Below, piece by piece: positions 61,278-63,681 of a DNA stretch of 63,681 nucleotides. The stretch's first letter is position 1. The number at the start of each line of letters is the position of its first letter. Under the pieces are notes generated by a model. The model was not told the DNA's origin, did no database searches, and saw nothing but the letters and a program-made list of their open reading frames with translations. The stretch is taken from contig JASCQW010000190.1 in assembly GCA_030264375.1 (NCBI GenBank), positions 47,861,503 through 47,925,183 of the forward strand, given 5' to 3'. The stretch is from Carcharhinus longimanus. Taxonomy: Eukaryota. The translations under genes were made by a program, and so were the position numbers.

Positions 61278-61617
61278 CGATATCCTCTGGAATCTTAAAG
61301 GGCTGGATTACTCACAAATTTGTTACATGCCAGTTATTTCTGTTTGCTCATGGGCACAGCCACTGAGGAAAGGGGGGGGAGGTAAAGGATACAATCCATC
61401 TTTTCTCCTTCAGATTTTGTGAGATCCACTTAAAAATGGGATCCCCACAATGCTATGAGGATATTTTAAATCAAAGATTCCATGATCCTGCCAAGGGGAT
61501 AGCGTTGCTGCATGTCCTGCTACTTTCAATTGCAATCACCTTGTTTTACAACAGCCCAATTCTTCCCCTCCCATACTTAAGGATTGATTTAAAAAGTGGT
61601 GAGAGCTGTTTCTGGCT

Positions 61618-62274
61618 TGTTATCGGACAACAAATTTTATGAAATTGGGCACACAATATGGAAACAGACTAAAATTACACTCAGAGCCTCTCCACTAAAA
61701 ATCACAAAGTAACAGACACAAATTAGCAGGCGAGAGCATGCTTTTAGAATGCAAATGAGGGCTAGCACACAAGGGAAGCTGGGCAGGATGGCACCTACAG
61801 GAACTAAATTAAAAAACACATCCCCACCCCATCAAATCAGCACTTCTAAACCAGTCAAACAACCTATGGAGACACCTAAAAATTAGCATAGCTAAAGAAA
61901 TGTACCTGACCCCTCAAACTCTTTGAGATCAATCACACACCCATTGTTCAAACCCCAGAGGTTCTAGACCATTAATAACCAATCAGACAAAAACGATTAA
62001 CACACACTTAAAACAATCATTCTAACACTCGAAGATATCGAGACAGGACGGCTAAAGTTGAATACTGTAAATAAAGTATTAGCATTTGAATCGCATACTA
62101 CACCGATGTTCAGGTACAACTATAGCCTGTTGCGGCGGACCTTTAGAGTGCTTTCGGGACAGTTCGATTGTATGTCCTGACTGCACCTCCGTCGACGTAA
62201 AAGAAAATAAAGCTGTGCCGTTATTGAACTACACCCTGAGTCCATAGTGGTCGTTTTGCCCACTCGCGCTAACA
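61618..62274 (+). mobile_element. Solo LTR, 657 bp
   Basis: TGTTA...TAACA inverted termini, perfect 4-bp TSD GGCT (61614-61617, 62275-62278), AATAAA at ~62070 and ~62206, CpG-rich. Confidence 0.85.
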
Positions 62275-62780
62275 GGCTCCTTTCACCTTGGGAACTGTGT
62301 GTGAATCCCACTTTTACATCCCCTTTTTCACAGATCATGCTTTGAAGTTAAACAATATCAGTCCATTTCTACCCACTTCCTAATGAGAAGAGCCCATGGG
62401 GAACAACATCACTCGCTACTTGCCGCCGAATGCTATTTATTTACCATCTGGCTTGGGGAAGGCTAAGGGCAGCGGGTGTGAGAAATGGGAAAGAAAGCAT
62501 CAATGGAGGGTATCTTACTGGCACTGGAGTTGGGGAACATCATTGGGAGAGGACAGGAGGAGGCTGACCATACAGCTGAACTGCACATGTCATCTGTGAG
62601 GGCTGGAGATGATGCAGCAGACACCTGTTCTTAGGTCACATCATTTCAACTCTCAGCAGGCCAATGGGCCATGTGACAGAAATGCCCAGAGTTCAGGCCT
62701 GCCCCCACCCCACATTCTTGTTTCCTTTCTCTGTCCAGGGATCTTGCTGGTCTCAGTGCCTCCCTCTGCCATGTGGCTGA

Positions 62781-63101
62781 GGGAGGCATGGTGGCACAGT
62801 GGTTGGCACTGCTGCCTCACAGCACCAGAGACCACAGTTCAACCTCAGCCTTGGATGACTGTGGAGTGTGCAGATTCTCCCTGTGCCTGCGTGGATGTCC
62901 TTCGGATGCTCTGGTTTCCTCCCACAGTCCAAAGATGTGCAGGTTAGGTGGACTGGCCACTTAATGTATCAAGATGTGTAGGTTAGGGGGATTAGTGGGG
63001 TAATTACGTGGGGTTAGGGCCTGGGTGGGATATTCTGTCGGACAGTCAATGTAAGCTTGATGGGTCGAATGATCTCTTTCTGCACTGTCGGGAATCTATG
63101 A
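62781..63101 (+). mobile_element. HE1-type SINE
   Basis: Head, core and tail. Confidence 0.8.
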
Positions 63102-63264
63102 AGTAGCTTTATGTTGTTTGGGTACAGTTCTTCCGCAGTGGTTAGGCAGCAGGAATAGAAAGGATAAAGAATGCAAAGCAGTCAGTGTACCAGCAGCTGA
63201 CTATTACTCTGATCAACAGTGAGAGGGAGAGCCTCATCACCAGCCTAACGCAAGTATAAAATTT

Positions 63265-63435
63265 AACAGAAAATACTGTAAAAACTCTACAGATCTGGCT
63301 GCATCTGTGGGGAGAGAAACTAAGCCCAATATCTCTCTTCTTTGGAACATTTTATAAGGATTCAAAATGTTAATACTGTTTCTCTCTCCACTGATACTCT
63401 CAGACATACTGGGCCTATTTTACCATTTTGATTCT
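63265..63435. repeat. Palindromic short repeat family (also 29027-29110, 55800-55885, 12140-12215)
   Basis: aacagaaaatgctggaaaatctcagca...tgtggagagagaac motif, here followed by its inverse. Confidence 0.5.
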
Positions 63436-63681
63436 AAGTGCTGGGTGGACTTGAAACTGGGAGTGTTTCAGATCCAACTTTTAGACCCGTTCTCAGGCAT
63501 CCCCAGACACACTCTGCCTGCAAAAATATCAGCGATACTGAATCGTGCTGCTCAAGCCTGTGGGTGGGGCTTAACACACCCAAAATCCTGCAGCTCCGAT
63601 CAGCACCTCCAACTGCACATGCGCAGATAAAAAAAGATAGACTGCTGCTGTCTTGTCACGTCCCTCCCAGGCTGGATAATG

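Noticed and set aside
1-63681. CRISPR array, operon or prokaryotic defence system
   Set aside because: Vertebrate intronic DNA with no regularly spaced repeat-spacer array and no long intact ORFs.

Overview
Eukaryotic genomic DNA, almost certainly from a cartilaginous fish (shark): it is dense in HE1-type tRNA-derived SINEs and CR1/HER1-type LINE 3' fragments, and has several assembly gaps. The whole window lies inside one minus-strand gene that the ORF track misses. Reading splice sites by eye gives 29 short exons (60852 to 312; 2223 nt, about 741 aa). All are phase 2-2 and splice into one open frame encoding the LRR region of NLRC5; the NACHT exon and C-terminal LRRs lie outside the window. 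The exons form a repeating 84-84-90 nt plus linker module, and one intron uses a GC donor. The introns hold a decayed Ty1/copia element resembling the GalEa clade, with both LTRs and a tRNA-Met PBS (about 5503-8080). They also hold a decayed Harbinger transposase with many probable Harbinger MITEs, a clean 657-bp solo LTR with a 4-bp TSD, Rex1, DeuSINE and Penelope-like fragments, and a local DNA-level duplication of a SINE with its flanks. I found no convincing new biological system. Comparisons to human NLRC5 and to repeat consensus sequences are from memory and need alignment. Exon coordinates were counted base by base; repeat boundaries are approximate.
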